64,000 nucleotides of DNA from positions 192,001 through 256,000 of the forward strand of contig CBDBDQ010000005.1 in assembly GCA_965203905.1 (NCBI GenBank), in the 5' to 3' direction. This stretch comes from Spirochaetia bacterium (lineage in GTDB: Bacteria; Spirochaetota; Spirochaetia; SZUA-6; Bin103). Position 1 is the first letter of the stretch; each line of letters opens with the position of its first letter. The notes below the pieces were generated by a model, which saw only the letters and a program-made list of their open reading frames with translations, had not been told where the DNA came from and searched no databases. Positions 10,155-20,071 of the stretch are shown here, one piece after another. The translations under genes and the position numbers were made by a program.

Positions 10155-10903
10155 ATGCCGTCCTCCTCGCCGCGGGCTACGGTACGCGCCTCCGGGCGCT
10201 GTTCCCCGATACGCCGAAGGCGTTGATCGAGATCGCCGGGCGTCCCGTCCTCGCTCACCTGCTCGACAATCTCGCCCGGTCCGGCCTCGTCGATGGTGTC
10301 ACCATCGTTACCAACGACCGCTACCACCCCGCCTTGCAAGGCTACCTCGACTCGCATCCGCCGCGCCTCTCCACCTGCCTGCTCACCGATGGGACCGGTA
10401 CCGAACAGGATCGGCTCGGCGCGCTCGGCGATCTGCAGTTTGCTCTCGACCACCTCGATCGTCGCGAGGATCTCCTCGTCACGGCGACCGACAAACTGCT
10501 CACCTTCGAGCTTGCGGCCCTCCTGCGCTGGGCGCGGCAGCGTGCCGCGCCGGTCAATGTGTGCGTGCGGCTGTCGAGTCGCGCCCATCTTGCAGGCAGG
10601 CACGGCTGCGTGCTGCTCGACTCCGACGCGCGTATCGTCGACTTCGAAGAGAAACCCCGGAACCCGAAGTCGCGGCTCGCCAGCCTGGCGATCTACGTGC
10701 TGCCGGTGGCGGTGCAGCCTCTGGTGCGCGAGTACCTGCTGCAGGGCGGCGACGCGGACGCTCCCGGCTACTTCCTGGGCTGGTTGGCGCAGCGTGCCGC
10801 CGTCTACGGCTACGTCGCCCCGGGCCCCAGCTACGATGTAGGTACTCCCGCTACCTACGCGGCTGCGCAGCGCGCCTTCCGCGCACCCGATATCGAGGCC
10901 TGA
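10151..10903 (+). CDS. Sugar-1-phosphate nucleotidyltransferase
   Basis: LAAGYGTRL...PKAL, FEEKP and YDVGT motifs; TTGA overlap with the kinase stop. Confidence 0.88.
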   Translation: MNAVLLAAGYGTRLRALFPDTPKALIEIAGRPVLAHLLDNLARSGLVDGVTIVTNDRYHPALQGYLDSHPPRLSTCLLTDGTGTEQDRLGALGDLQFALDHLDRREDLLVTATDKLLTFELAALLRWARQRAAPVNVCVRLSSRAHLAGRHGCVLLDSDARIVDFEEKPRNPKSRLASLAIYVLPVAVQPLVREYLLQGGDADAPGYFLGWLAQRAAVYGYVAPGPSYDVGTPATYAAAQRAFRAPDIEA

Positions 10904-10949
10904 TCGCCGTCGGTTCCAAGACCACCGCGGTCCGGGCTATGCTGCCGCC

Positions 10950-11234
10950 ATGGCTACTGCAACCTGGAATGGGGCCGTTCTCGCCGCGTCGGATACGTTC
11001 GAGACCGTCGAGGGGAACATCTACTTCCCGCCCGATACCATCAACCGTGAGCACTTCGTCGAAAGTTCGCACCGTACGGTGTGCGGCTGGAAGGGCGAAG
11101 CCAGCTACTACGATCTGCAGGTGAACGGTGAGACCAATGCCAACGCGGCATTCTACTACCCCGATCCGCTCCCGGCCGCGATGAAGGTCAAGGGCTACGT
11201 GGCGTTCTGGAACGGCGTCGAGGTCAGCGAGTAA
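10950..11234 (+). CDS. DUF427 protein
   Basis: VEGNIYFPP, CGWKGEASYY and IKG/VKGYVAFW motifs. Confidence 0.88.
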   Translation: MATATWNGAVLAASDTFETVEGNIYFPPDTINREHFVESSHRTVCGWKGEASYYDLQVNGETNANAAFYYPDPLPAAMKVKGYVAFWNGVEVSE

Positions 11235-11252
11235 ACTGCCGCCGCCGCCAGG

Positions 11253-11660
11253 TCACGGCGCGGACGGATGATCGGTCCCGGTGCCGGGCTTGGGGAAGAA
11301 CTGGTCGATGAGAATCGCGTTCCCGTCCGGGTCGCGGCATGCGATGTGAGCCGGACCCGTGCCGTCGGGATCGGTGTCGGTCTGCAACTCGATTCCCCCC
11401 GCAATGAGGGAGTCCCTGATCTCCCGGATGTCCGTGAACTCGTCGAGCTGTGAGCCATCGCGGCGCAGACCGGGGTTGAAGGTGAGGATGTTGCCTTCGA
11501 ACATGCCCTGAAAGAGGCCGATCGTCGCGCTCCCGTTGACCATGATCAGGTAGCCGGTACCATCGCCGCCGGCGCGGGAGAAGCCGAGCTTCTCGTAAAA
11601 TGCCTTGGCGACCTGCAGATCCTTGACTGACAGACTCACCGAGAACGCACCGAGATCCAT
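11253..11660 (-). CDS. VOC/glyoxalase family protein
   Basis: LGAFSVSLSVKDL..FYEKLGF, IGLFQGMFEGNILTFNPG and DPDGNAILIDQ motifs. Confidence 0.85.
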   Translation of the reverse strand: MDLGAFSVSLSVKDLQVAKAFYEKLGFSRAGGDGTGYLIMVNGSATIGLFQGMFEGNILTFNPGLRRDGSQLDEFTDIREIRDSLIAGGIELQTDTDPDGTGPAHIACRDPDGNAILIDQFFPKPGTGTDHPSAP

Positions 11661-11839
11661 CTCACCATGAGCCTACCACACTCGGAACCCTCTGCCAGCG
11701 GCGCCGGCAATCAGCCCGGGGCCCCCGGAAACCGCACGTAGCCGACATTCGTGCTGCGTACTATGATCCACTTCTATATTGATGCACGAAGCACGCACGA
11801 TCTGGTGGCGCAGCGTTGGCCCGATCGCTGGCGGCCGAT

Positions 11840-11855
11840 TGGCGTGATTCTTGCT
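11840..11855 (+). promoter_or_regulatory. Sigma-54 (-24/-12) promoter of the nucleobase transport/purine operon
   Basis: TGGCGTGATTCTTGCT fits TGGCAC-N5-TTGCW with exact GG-N10-GC spacing, shortly before AGGAGG SD and ATG 11878. Confidence 0.65.
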
Positions 11856-11877
11856 TGGATAGGACAGGAGGTTCTCC

Positions 11878-12906
11878 ATGAAAACGTTCCATCGCGCGGC
11901 GCTGGTGCTGGCCGCCGCCGTCTGCGCATCGTTGGCTGCCGTCGCCGTGAGCGCCGATCAGCTCGCCGTCAAGTTCTCGCTCGACTGGAAGTTCGAGGGT
12001 CCGGCCGCGGCTTACCTGCTGGCCCTCGACAAGGGCTACTTCGCCGATGAGGGCCTGGACGTCACCATCGACACCGGCCAGGGTTCGCTGGAGGCGATCC
12101 CGCGCGTGGCCAGCGGCGTCTACCAGTTCGGCTTCGCCGACATCAATTCCCTTATCAAGTTCCACGACAAGAATCCGGATGTGGGCATCAAGGGCATTCT
12201 CATGGTGTACGACGCCCCGCCGTTCGCGATCGTGACGCTGGCCAAGACCGGCATCGAGACCCCGCGCGACCTGGAGGGGCGCATTCTCGGCGCGCCGGCT
12301 CCCGACGGCGCCTACGCGCAGTGGAAGGCGTTCGTCAAGGAGAACGGCATCGACGCCAGCAAGGTGACCATCGAGAACGTCGGCTTCCCGGTGCGCGAAC
12401 CGATGCTGGTCGCGGGCCAGGTCGACGCCATCACCGGCTACTCCTTCTCCTCGTTCCTCAACCTCAAGTCCAAGGGTGTGGCGCCGGACGACATCCGGGT
12501 GTTCCTGATGTCGGACTACGGCCTCGAACTGTACGGCAACACGGTCATCGTCAACCCCGAGTTCGCCGCCGAGAACCCAGCGGCGGTTGCCGGCTTCGTG
12601 CGCGCCATCATCAGGGGCTGGCAGGACACGGTGGCCGATCCGGCGGCCGCGGTGAAGCACGTGCTGGAGCGCAACCTGGTGGCGCGCGAGCCGGTCGAGC
12701 TGGAGCGCCTGGAGATGTGCATTGCCGACAACGTGAACACTTCGTATGTGATGGAGCACGGGTTCGGCAGCGTCGACCTGGCGCGGCTGGCATCGTCGAT
12801 CGAGCAGATCGGCGTGACCTACGAGTTCAGCGCGGCACCGCCGACACCCGAGGCCGTGTTCACCAACGAGTACCTGCCGGCGGCCGCGGAGCGCATGCTC
12901 CAGTAG
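11878..12906 (+). CDS. ABC transporter substrate-binding protein, NMT1/THI5 family
   Basis: Signal peptide, LDWKFEGP, GYFADEGLDV and YGLELYGN motifs. Confidence 0.88.
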   Translation: MKTFHRAALVLAAAVCASLAAVAVSADQLAVKFSLDWKFEGPAAAYLLALDKGYFADEGLDVTIDTGQGSLEAIPRVASGVYQFGFADINSLIKFHDKNPDVGIKGILMVYDAPPFAIVTLAKTGIETPRDLEGRILGAPAPDGAYAQWKAFVKENGIDASKVTIENVGFPVREPMLVAGQVDAITGYSFSSFLNLKSKGVAPDDIRVFLMSDYGLELYGNTVIVNPEFAAENPAAVAGFVRAIIRGWQDTVADPAAAVKHVLERNLVAREPVELERLEMCIADNVNTSYVMEHGFGSVDLARLASSIEQIGVTYEFSAAPPTPEAVFTNEYLPAAAERMLQ

Positions 12907-12913
12907 GACCGCA

Positions 12914-13732
12914 GTGGGCGCGGGTGGGAACGGAACCACGCAGGCGGACGCGTTCGTCCAGTTGCGCGACGTCAGCCTGACCTACGGCGGCGGTGCCACC
13001 GGTACGCTGGTCCTGCAGGGTCTCGACCTGCAGGTGGAGCGCGGTGAGTTCGCCGCCGTGGTGGGCCCGAGCGGGTGCGGCAAGTCGACGCTGATGAAGC
13101 TGATGTCGGGCCTGCTCCCGGCCCGCACCGGGGAGACGATCGTGGCCGGGCAGCCGGTCACCGGGCCTTTGAAGATCGTCGGGATGGCGTTCCAGAACCC
13201 TACCCTGCTGCTGTGGCGCTCCACGTTGGACAACGTGCTGCTGCCGTTGGAGATCGTGGAGCCGCACCGGCGCCGGCTGCGGGCGCAGCGCGCCGCGTAC
13301 GTGGCGGCCGCGGAGGAGTTGCTGGCGCTGGTGGGCCTGTCCGGCTACGGCGACCACTATCCGTGGCAGCTCTCCGGCGGCATGCAGCAACGGGCGTCGC
13401 TGTGTCGGGCGCTGATTCACGAACCCGACCTGCTGATGCTGGACGAGCCGTTCGCCGCCCTGGACGCATTCACCCGTGAGGAGCTGTGGTGCGTGCTGCG
13501 CGACCTGTGGCAGCGCAAGCAGTTCACCGTGATCCTGGTCACCCACGACCTGCGCGAGGCGGTGTTCCTGGCCGACACCGTGCACGTGATGAGCGCCCGT
13601 CCGGGACGGATCGAAGTGACCCGCGAGATCGACCTGCCGCGCCCGCGCGAGCCCGATATCTGCTACACGCCGGAGTTCGTCGCCGTGGTACAGGAGCTGC
13701 GCGACCATATCGCGCAGTTCCGGGTGATATGA
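12914..13732 (+). CDS. ABC transporter ATPase (NitT/TauT family)
   Basis: GPSGCGKST, LSGGMQQR, LMLDEPF and VTHD motifs. Confidence 0.92.
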   Translation: MGAGGNGTTQADAFVQLRDVSLTYGGGATGTLVLQGLDLQVERGEFAAVVGPSGCGKSTLMKLMSGLLPARTGETIVAGQPVTGPLKIVGMAFQNPTLLLWRSTLDNVLLPLEIVEPHRRRLRAQRAAYVAAAEELLALVGLSGYGDHYPWQLSGGMQQRASLCRALIHEPDLLMLDEPFAALDAFTREELWCVLRDLWQRKQFTVILVTHDLREAVFLADTVHVMSARPGRIEVTREIDLPRPREPDICYTPEFVAVVQELRDHIAQFRVI

Positions 13733-14553
13733 GCGACTCGATGGATGCCCGGTCCGGCGCCGCAGCTGCACCGGTGCAGGCAGGGTGGATCCGCTGGCGC
13801 GAGAAGCTGTCGCCCTGGGTGATGACCCTGGGCGGCTTCCTGATCTGGGAGGCGGTGTGCCGGGTGTTCCGGATTCCCTCCTACGTGCTGCCGACTCCCA
13901 GCGTGATCCTCGCCACGTTCGCCGAGTTTCGCCGCGCACTCGTCGTCAACTCGATCCAGACGTTGTGGACGACGCTGGCCGGATTCGGCATCGCGGTAGG
14001 GTTCGGGCTGCTGCTGGGGCTGATCATCGGCTGGTCGAAGACCATCTACAACGGCCTCTATCCGATGATGATCGGCTTCAACTGCGTGCCAAAGGTGGCC
14101 GTGGTGCCGATTCTCGTGCTCTGGTTCGGCATCGGCTCTCCACCGGCCATCCTGACCGCGTTCCTGATCTCGTTCTTCCCGATCGTGGTCAACGTGGCCA
14201 CCGGGCTGGCGACCCTGGAGCCGGAGCTGGAGGACGTACTGCGGGCGTTGGGAGCACACAAGCGCGACATCATGTTCAAGGTAGGCATTCCACGCTCCCT
14301 GCCCTACTTCTTCGGTTCCCTCAAGGTCGCGATCACGCTGGCGTTCGTGGGCTCGGTGGTGGCCGAAACGGTGGCCGCCAACGTCGGCATCGGACACATG
14401 ATGCTGATCGCACAGGCCAACTTCGAGGTGCCGCTGGTGTTCGCGGGCCTGTTTGCTCTGGCCGCGGAGGGGATCGGCATGTATGCTGCCTTCGCCTGGC
14501 TGGAGCGGCGCCTCACCGGGTGGGCCTTCCGCCGCGACGCCGCCAACGCCTGA
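13729..14553 (+). CDS. ABC transporter permease (NitT/TauT family)
   Basis: YVLPTPS, PKVAVVP and FFPIVVN motifs; ATGA overlap with the ATPase. Confidence 0.9.
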   Translation: MSDSMDARSGAAAAPVQAGWIRWREKLSPWVMTLGGFLIWEAVCRVFRIPSYVLPTPSVILATFAEFRRALVVNSIQTLWTTLAGFGIAVGFGLLLGLIIGWSKTIYNGLYPMMIGFNCVPKVAVVPILVLWFGIGSPPAILTAFLISFFPIVVNVATGLATLEPELEDVLRALGAHKRDIMFKVGIPRSLPYFFGSLKVAITLAFVGSVVAETVAANVGIGHMMLIAQANFEVPLVFAGLFALAAEGIGMYAAFAWLERRLTGWAFRRDAANA

Positions 14554-14566
14554 TTCCGGAGGATGG

Positions 14567-16144
14567 ATGAGCGAGCGACGCGACGCCGCCGGCGGGCACC
14601 TGCTGGAGGCGCGCGACATCGTGAAGCGGTTCGGCGACTTCACCGCCAACGATCGAGTGACCCTGCGCCTGCGCTCGGGCCAGATCCACGCCCTGCTGGG
14701 CGAGAACGGTGCCGGCAAGTCGACCCTGGTCAAGATCATGTACGGCGCGCTGCAACCCACGGCGGGCAGTCTGCACTGGCGTGGGCAACCCGTTTCCATC
14801 CCCAATCCGGCGGCCGCCCGGCGGCTCGGCATCGCCATGGTGTTCCAGCACTTCTCGCTGTTCGAGGCACTCACCGTGGTCGAGAACATCGCCCTTGCCA
14901 TGCGCGGCGCGTTCGACCCGGCGGCCCTGGGCCGGCGCATCGCACGGGTCTCGCGTGAGTACGGGCTGCCGCTGAAGCCCAGTGCGCTGGTAGCCGACCT
15001 CTCGGTCGGCGAGCGGCAGCGGATCGAGATCGTGCGCTGCCTGTTGCAGGAGCCGGAGCTCCTGATCATGGACGAGCCGACCGCGGTGCTCACGCCGCAG
15101 GAGGCGGACCAGCTCTTCGTCACCCTGCGCCGCCTGGCGCGCGACGGCTGCGCGGTGCTGTACATCTCGCACCGGCTGGAGGAAGTGAAGCGGCTGTGCC
15201 ACGAGGCCACGATCCTGCGCCTCGGCAAGGTGGTGGCCGAGGTCGACCCCGAGGTGGAGACCGCCGCCTCGCTGGCGCGCCTCATGGTGGGGGCGGACGT
15301 GCACGAGGTGGAGGCCGCGGGTCACACCACGGACGGCACGCCGATGCTGAGCGTCAGCAACCTGTCGCTGCCGGCCGGCGGACCGTTCGGGGTGGCGCTG
15401 CGCAATGTCGCCCTGGAGGTGCGTGCGGGTGAGGTGGTGGCAATCGCCGGGGTGGCCGGCAACGGCCAGTCCGAGCTGTTCGAGGCGCTGTCCGGGGAGC
15501 GCATCGCTCCGGCGGCCGAGTCCATCACGATCGGCGGCCACCACTGCGGCACGCGCGACGTGACCGCGCGCCGCCAGCTCGGCGCCGCCTTCGTACCCGA
15601 GGAACGACTCGGCCACAGCGCCGTGCCCGGGTTCATGCTGGCCGACAACGTGCTCCTGACCCGCCACGCCTCCGACCCCGGCATGGTGCGCGCCGGTTTC
15701 ATCGACCGTGCCAGGACGCGCAGCGCGGCGGCGCGCGTCACCGAGCGGTTCGACGTGCGGGTCAGCCAGGAGAATGCGCGGGCCGGGTCGCTGTCCGGCG
15801 GCAACCTGCAGAAGTTCGTGGTGGGACGGGAGCTGGACCGCAACCCGCAGGTGCTGGTGATCAACCAGCCGACCTGGGGAGTTGACGCCGGCGCCGCGGC
15901 CCTGATCCGCCAGGTGCTGTCCGACATGGCTCAGGCCGGTGCCGCGGTCCTGGTGATCAGCCAGGACCTCGACGAGATCTTCGAGATCGCCGACCGCATC
16001 GCGGTGATCTCGCGCGGCGAGCTGTCGGAGTCCTATCCCGCGGGTACGATCGACCGCGAACGGATCGGCCTGCTGATGGCCGGCGCCCACGAGAGCGCAG
16101 CCGGCGCGCAGGAGAGCGCCACCGGCGCTCAGGTCACGGCGTGA
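14567..16144 (+). CDS. Nucleoside/purine ABC transporter ATPase (CUT2 double-domain)
   Basis: GENGAGKST, LSVGERQR, DEPTAVL, LSGGNLQK and QPTWGVD motifs. Confidence 0.92.
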   Translation: MSERRDAAGGHLLEARDIVKRFGDFTANDRVTLRLRSGQIHALLGENGAGKSTLVKIMYGALQPTAGSLHWRGQPVSIPNPAAARRLGIAMVFQHFSLFEALTVVENIALAMRGAFDPAALGRRIARVSREYGLPLKPSALVADLSVGERQRIEIVRCLLQEPELLIMDEPTAVLTPQEADQLFVTLRRLARDGCAVLYISHRLEEVKRLCHEATILRLGKVVAEVDPEVETAASLARLMVGADVHEVEAAGHTTDGTPMLSVSNLSLPAGGPFGVALRNVALEVRAGEVVAIAGVAGNGQSELFEALSGERIAPAAESITIGGHHCGTRDVTARRQLGAAFVPEERLGHSAVPGFMLADNVLLTRHASDPGMVRAGFIDRARTRSAAARVTERFDVRVSQENARAGSLSGGNLQKFVVGRELDRNPQVLVINQPTWGVDAGAAALIRQVLSDMAQAGAAVLVISQDLDEIFEIADRIAVISRGELSESYPAGTIDRERIGLLMAGAHESAAGAQESATGAQVTA

Positions 16145-17199
16145 AGCTGCTGTTCGAGCAGCGCCCGCAGCCGAGCCGGGTGATGACGGTGGTCTCTCCC
16201 GTCCTGGCCATCGTGCTCATGGTGATCGTCGGCGCCATCCTGTTTGCGGCGCGCGGCGTCGACCCCTGGCGCGGGCTCTACGTCTACTTCATCGAGCCGG
16301 TGGCCTCCCTGTGGTCGATCGAGGAGCTGGTGGTCAAGGCCACGCCGCTGGTGCTGATCGGCGTCGGCCTGGCGGTGTGCTTCCGCGCCAACGTGTGGAA
16401 CATCGGCGCCGAGGGCCAGCTCACCCTGGGCGCCGTCGCCGGCGCCGCCATCCCGATCCTGGCCAACCAGTGGCAGTCGCCACTGGTGCTGCCGCTGATG
16501 ATGCTGCTCGGCATGGCGGGCGGGATCGCCTGGGCGGCGATCCCGGCGCTGCTGCGCAACCGCTTCGGCGCCAACGAGATTCTCACCAGCCTGATGCTGG
16601 TGTACGTGGCCCAGCTCCTGCTCGACTGGCTGGTGCGCGGGCCGTGGCGCGACCCGGAAGGCTACAACTTCCCCGAGTCGGTAGCGATGGAGGGGTTTCA
16701 GCTGCTGCCGACGCTCGGCTACAGCCGGGTGCACCTGGGCGGCGCCTTCGCGGTGCTCGCGGTGCTGGTGCTGTTCCTGTTCATGGCGCGGACGCTGAAG
16801 GGCTTCGAGATCGAGGTGAGCGGCGCGGCCCCACGCGCCAGCGGCTTCGGCGGTTTCTCGCGACCGCGCACCGTGTGGTTCTGCCTGGCGCTCTCGGGCG
16901 CCCTGGCCGGGCTCGCGGGCATCGGCGAGATTGCCGGCCCGGTGGGGCAGCTGCAGCCGGTGATCTCGCCCGGCTACGGCTTCACCGCCATCATCGTGGC
17001 GTTCCTGGGCCGACTCAACCCGCTGGGCGTGCTGTTCGCCGGGATCATCCTGGCGATCAGCTACCTCGGCGGCGAAGGGGCGCAGATCGAGCTGGGCCTG
17101 TCCGACAAGACCGCACAGGTGTTCCAGGGCACCCTGCTGTTCTTCATCCTGGCCAGCGACACCCTGATCCGCTACCGGGTGCGGGTGGTACAGAAATGA
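16141..17199 (+). CDS. Nucleoside/purine ABC transporter permease 1
   Basis: WNIGAEGQ, NEILTSLML and GYGFTAIIVAFLGRLNP motifs. Confidence 0.92.
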   Translation: MKLLFEQRPQPSRVMTVVSPVLAIVLMVIVGAILFAARGVDPWRGLYVYFIEPVASLWSIEELVVKATPLVLIGVGLAVCFRANVWNIGAEGQLTLGAVAGAAIPILANQWQSPLVLPLMMLLGMAGGIAWAAIPALLRNRFGANEILTSLMLVYVAQLLLDWLVRGPWRDPEGYNFPESVAMEGFQLLPTLGYSRVHLGGAFAVLAVLVLFLFMARTLKGFEIEVSGAAPRASGFGGFSRPRTVWFCLALSGALAGLAGIGEIAGPVGQLQPVISPGYGFTAIIVAFLGRLNPLGVLFAGIILAISYLGGEGAQIELGLSDKTAQVFQGTLLFFILASDTLIRYRVRVVQK

Positions 17200-17263
17200 T
17201 ACCTTACAGCCTCGTACACGGGCCCACAGTCGCCCGGGCCTTGCGTTCAAGGAGATCCGATCA

Positions 17264-18307
17264 ATGCTGAGGAGCTTGAGAATCTCGAACTATCGCGCCT
17301 TTCGTGAACTCAGATTGGACGAATTGAGCCGCATCAATCTTATCAGCGGCCGCAACAACTCCGGCAAGACGACAGTGCTCGAAGCTCTGCTGCTGCTGTC
17401 CGCGGGACATCCGGAAATCACCTTGCATACTTCCATCATCCGCGGGATGACGTCGGAGCGTCTACCGCCTTCCGCGATTCCGCTGATCTATTGGAGACAG
17501 ATGTTTACCTCGCTTGATTTCGGGACACCCATAGAGATCAGCGGCGAACACCAATCGTGCGGATCCTTAGGCATGACGGTCGAGATGGAGCATGAGGACA
17601 TCGTGAAGACGTCACTCACTAACTCCAACGAAGTGTTGTTAGGAGAGGACCTGCAAGATCCTAAGCTCCTGGCCACCATCCGACGCGGTGATGATCGCTG
17701 GCAACGACGCATCCAGGTAACGGACAAGGAGATTCGCATGGAGCGCCGAAAACAGCCCGTCCTGTTCTCGGCTTACATCGTTCCTGCAGGAATCGGAGAC
17801 CTGAAATCGGACGCCGAGTGTCTTGGCGCCTTGAAGAAACAGAAGCAGGGTCATCGAGTTGTAAGAGCGCTGCAGCTCGTCGATCCCTCCCTGTCCAGTC
17901 TCGAAGTCATTTCGCAAACAGGTTCGCCCATGATCTGGGCAGACACCGGCTTGTCCGAGCTGGTTCCACTGCCAACCGTGGGCGAGGGCATGGTACGCGT
18001 AGCAAGGTTGGCGATGTGCATGGTGCTCGCCCGAGGCGGAGTACTGCTCGTGGACGAGATAGAAAACGGTATCCATCACTCCATCGCCGGCGACATGTGG
18101 CGCTTCATCCTGAGCGGCGCGCGGGAGCTGGATGTTCAGGTGTTTGCGACAACGCACAGCTACGAATGCGTAGCAGCGGCACAGTCGCTCAACAGCGATG
18201 AACTGATGTTGCATCGGATCGAAGCTACGGAGAGCAGCCATCGCTGCGTCACCTACCGTCCGCAACACATAGAAGCGGCTTTACGCCACAACATGGAGGT
18301 ACGTTGA
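17264..18307 (+). CDS. ABC-type (AAA_15/AAA_21) ATPase of cassette 1
   Basis: GRNNSGKT Walker A, GEGM signature, LLVDEIENGIH Walker B, TTHS H-loop; lower-GC codon use. Confidence 0.88.
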   Translation: MLRSLRISNYRAFRELRLDELSRINLISGRNNSGKTTVLEALLLLSAGHPEITLHTSIIRGMTSERLPPSAIPLIYWRQMFTSLDFGTPIEISGEHQSCGSLGMTVEMEHEDIVKTSLTNSNEVLLGEDLQDPKLLATIRRGDDRWQRRIQVTDKEIRMERRKQPVLFSAYIVPAGIGDLKSDAECLGALKKQKQGHRVVRALQLVDPSLSSLEVISQTGSPMIWADTGLSELVPLPTVGEGMVRVARLAMCMVLARGGVLLVDEIENGIHHSIAGDMWRFILSGARELDVQVFATTHSYECVAAAQSLNSDELMLHRIEATESSHRCVTYRPQHIEAALRHNMEVR

Positions 18308-18311
18308 GGCG

Positions 18312-18986
18312 ATGAAATCGCCTGCGTCCGCTGCTCAGCTTCTCGTCGAGGGAACGGATCCCTACCACGTGTTTCGCGAGTTCTGCAAATCATGGAGTTT
18401 GTCTGACATCGAAGTATGCAACTTCGGTGGAATCACGCAACTACGACCATACCTCGATGGAATGGTAAGAGCACCGGGATTTCCAAATGTCGAGAGGATT
18501 GGGATCATTCGCGACGCTGAAGAGTCCGCAAGGTCGGCATTCCAGAGCGTCCATGATCCGTTACAGAACGCCGGTCTTGACGCTCCCGACAGTACCGATG
18601 AGGTAAGCTCCGGTTATCCGGCCGTTTCGGTGTTGATACTTCCGGATGAAAACAGCCCGGGTAATCTGGAGTCCTTAATCTGGAGGAGTATCAATTCGAG
18701 TCCGGAAGTGCCGTGCATCCAGGAGTTCCTTGGATGTCTGGAAGAGATCGAAGGAGTCACTATCACTCGGCCCGACAAAGCACGTGTCCACGCGTACTTG
18801 GCTGCGAAGCCGCGTCCGAACGCGTCTGTTGGCGTTGCTGCCCGGAAGGGATACTGGAATCCGCAGCATCCCGTATTCTCCAGACTTCGGCGCTTTCTCA
18901 CTATCCTGAATGGCTCGGCAAGTAGATCGAGTGCACCGGGCGCCAAGCCCCGCAACGACACGGACACCTCCGGAGTGGCTCGATGA
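18312..18986 (+). CDS. DUF3226-like TOPRIM-fold protein (cassette 1 partner)
   Basis: LLVEGTD, GIIRDAE, ILPD...GNLESL and DKARVHAYLA motifs. Confidence 0.75.
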   Translation: MKSPASAAQLLVEGTDPYHVFREFCKSWSLSDIEVCNFGGITQLRPYLDGMVRAPGFPNVERIGIIRDAEESARSAFQSVHDPLQNAGLDAPDSTDEVSSGYPAVSVLILPDENSPGNLESLIWRSINSSPEVPCIQEFLGCLEEIEGVTITRPDKARVHAYLAAKPRPNASVGVAARKGYWNPQHPVFSRLRRFLTILNGSASRSSAPGAKPRNDTDTSGVAR

Positions 18987-19903
18987 CCGCCCTGGAAGCG
19001 GTGGTGCTGACCATCATCACCGCCTCGACGCCGTTGCTGCTGGCGGCCATCGGCGAGCTGGTGGTGGAGCGCTCGGGGGTGCTCAACCTGGGCGTTGAGG
19101 GGATGATGATCATCGGCGCGGTGAGTGGTTTCGCCGCCGCCTACTCTTCCGGGTCGGCGGTGGTGGGCGTGGCGGCAGCGATCGCCATGGGGGCGGGGGT
19201 AGCGCTGCTGTTCGCCTACTTCACTCAAACGCTGGTGACCAACCAGGTCGCCACCGGGCTCGCACTGACCCTGTTCGGGCTGGGACTCTCTGGACTGATC
19301 GGCGAGAGTTTCACCGGCCTGCCCGGCGTAAAGCTGCAGCGCATTCACATTCTCGGGCTGACCGATATCCCCCTGCTCGGTCCGGTGCTGTTCGGCCAGG
19401 ACGCGCTGGTCTACGCCTCGGTGGCGATCACGGTGCTGGTGGCCTGGGTCCTGGCGCGCACCCGGGTCGGACTGGTGATCCGTGCCACCGGCGGCAACCA
19501 CCATTCCGCGCACGCCCTCGGCTACCGCGTGATCGCGGTGCGCTATGCCTGCATCGCCTTCGGCGGCGCCTGCGCCGGGCTGGCCGGGGGTTACCTCTCC
19601 CTGGTCTACACGCCGCAGTGGATCGAGAACATGACCGCCGGGCGCGGCTGGATCGCGCTGGCGCTGGTAGTGTTCTCCACCTGGGCGCCGCGCCGGGTCG
19701 CGATCGGCGCCTATCTGTTCGGCACGGTGTGGATCATGGGCCTGTACGCGCAGGGGGTGGGCATCGGGATCCCGCCGCAACTGCTCTCGTCGTTGCCCTA
19801 CCTGGCCACGATTGCGGCGCTGGTGCTGATCTCCGGCAATCGTCTGCTGACGCGCAAGAACACCCCGGCCTGCCTTGGCCTGCCCTTCGTACCGGACCGT
19901 TAG
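18983..19903 (+). CDS. Nucleoside/purine ABC transporter permease 2
   Basis: GELVVERSGVLNLGVEGMM, NQVATGLAL and AGRGWIALALV motifs. Confidence 0.92.
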   Translation: MTALEAVVLTIITASTPLLLAAIGELVVERSGVLNLGVEGMMIIGAVSGFAAAYSSGSAVVGVAAAIAMGAGVALLFAYFTQTLVTNQVATGLALTLFGLGLSGLIGESFTGLPGVKLQRIHILGLTDIPLLGPVLFGQDALVYASVAITVLVAWVLARTRVGLVIRATGGNHHSAHALGYRVIAVRYACIAFGGACAGLAGGYLSLVYTPQWIENMTAGRGWIALALVVFSTWAPRRVAIGAYLFGTVWIMGLYAQGVGIGIPPQLLSSLPYLATIAALVLISGNRLLTRKNTPACLGLPFVPDR

Positions 19904-20071
19904 GCGCGGGCACTGCCGGCGCAGCGCCTTGACGAAGGCGGGCGCGCGTGGTTGCATTTGGGCGGCCGTTGGACAGGCCCGCCGAGGTGCTCAGAGTTCG
20001 GCGTTATTCATTACCTCACCACATCGGGAAGCAACAACCCCGTCATGGGGGCTACCCAAAGGAGCACTCCT

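Noticed and set aside
16078-16133. Imperfect 21-bp tandem repeat at the ABC ATPase 3' end (GAHESAA GAQESAT GAQ)
   Set aside because: About 2.5 units in a disordered tail; ordinary slippage
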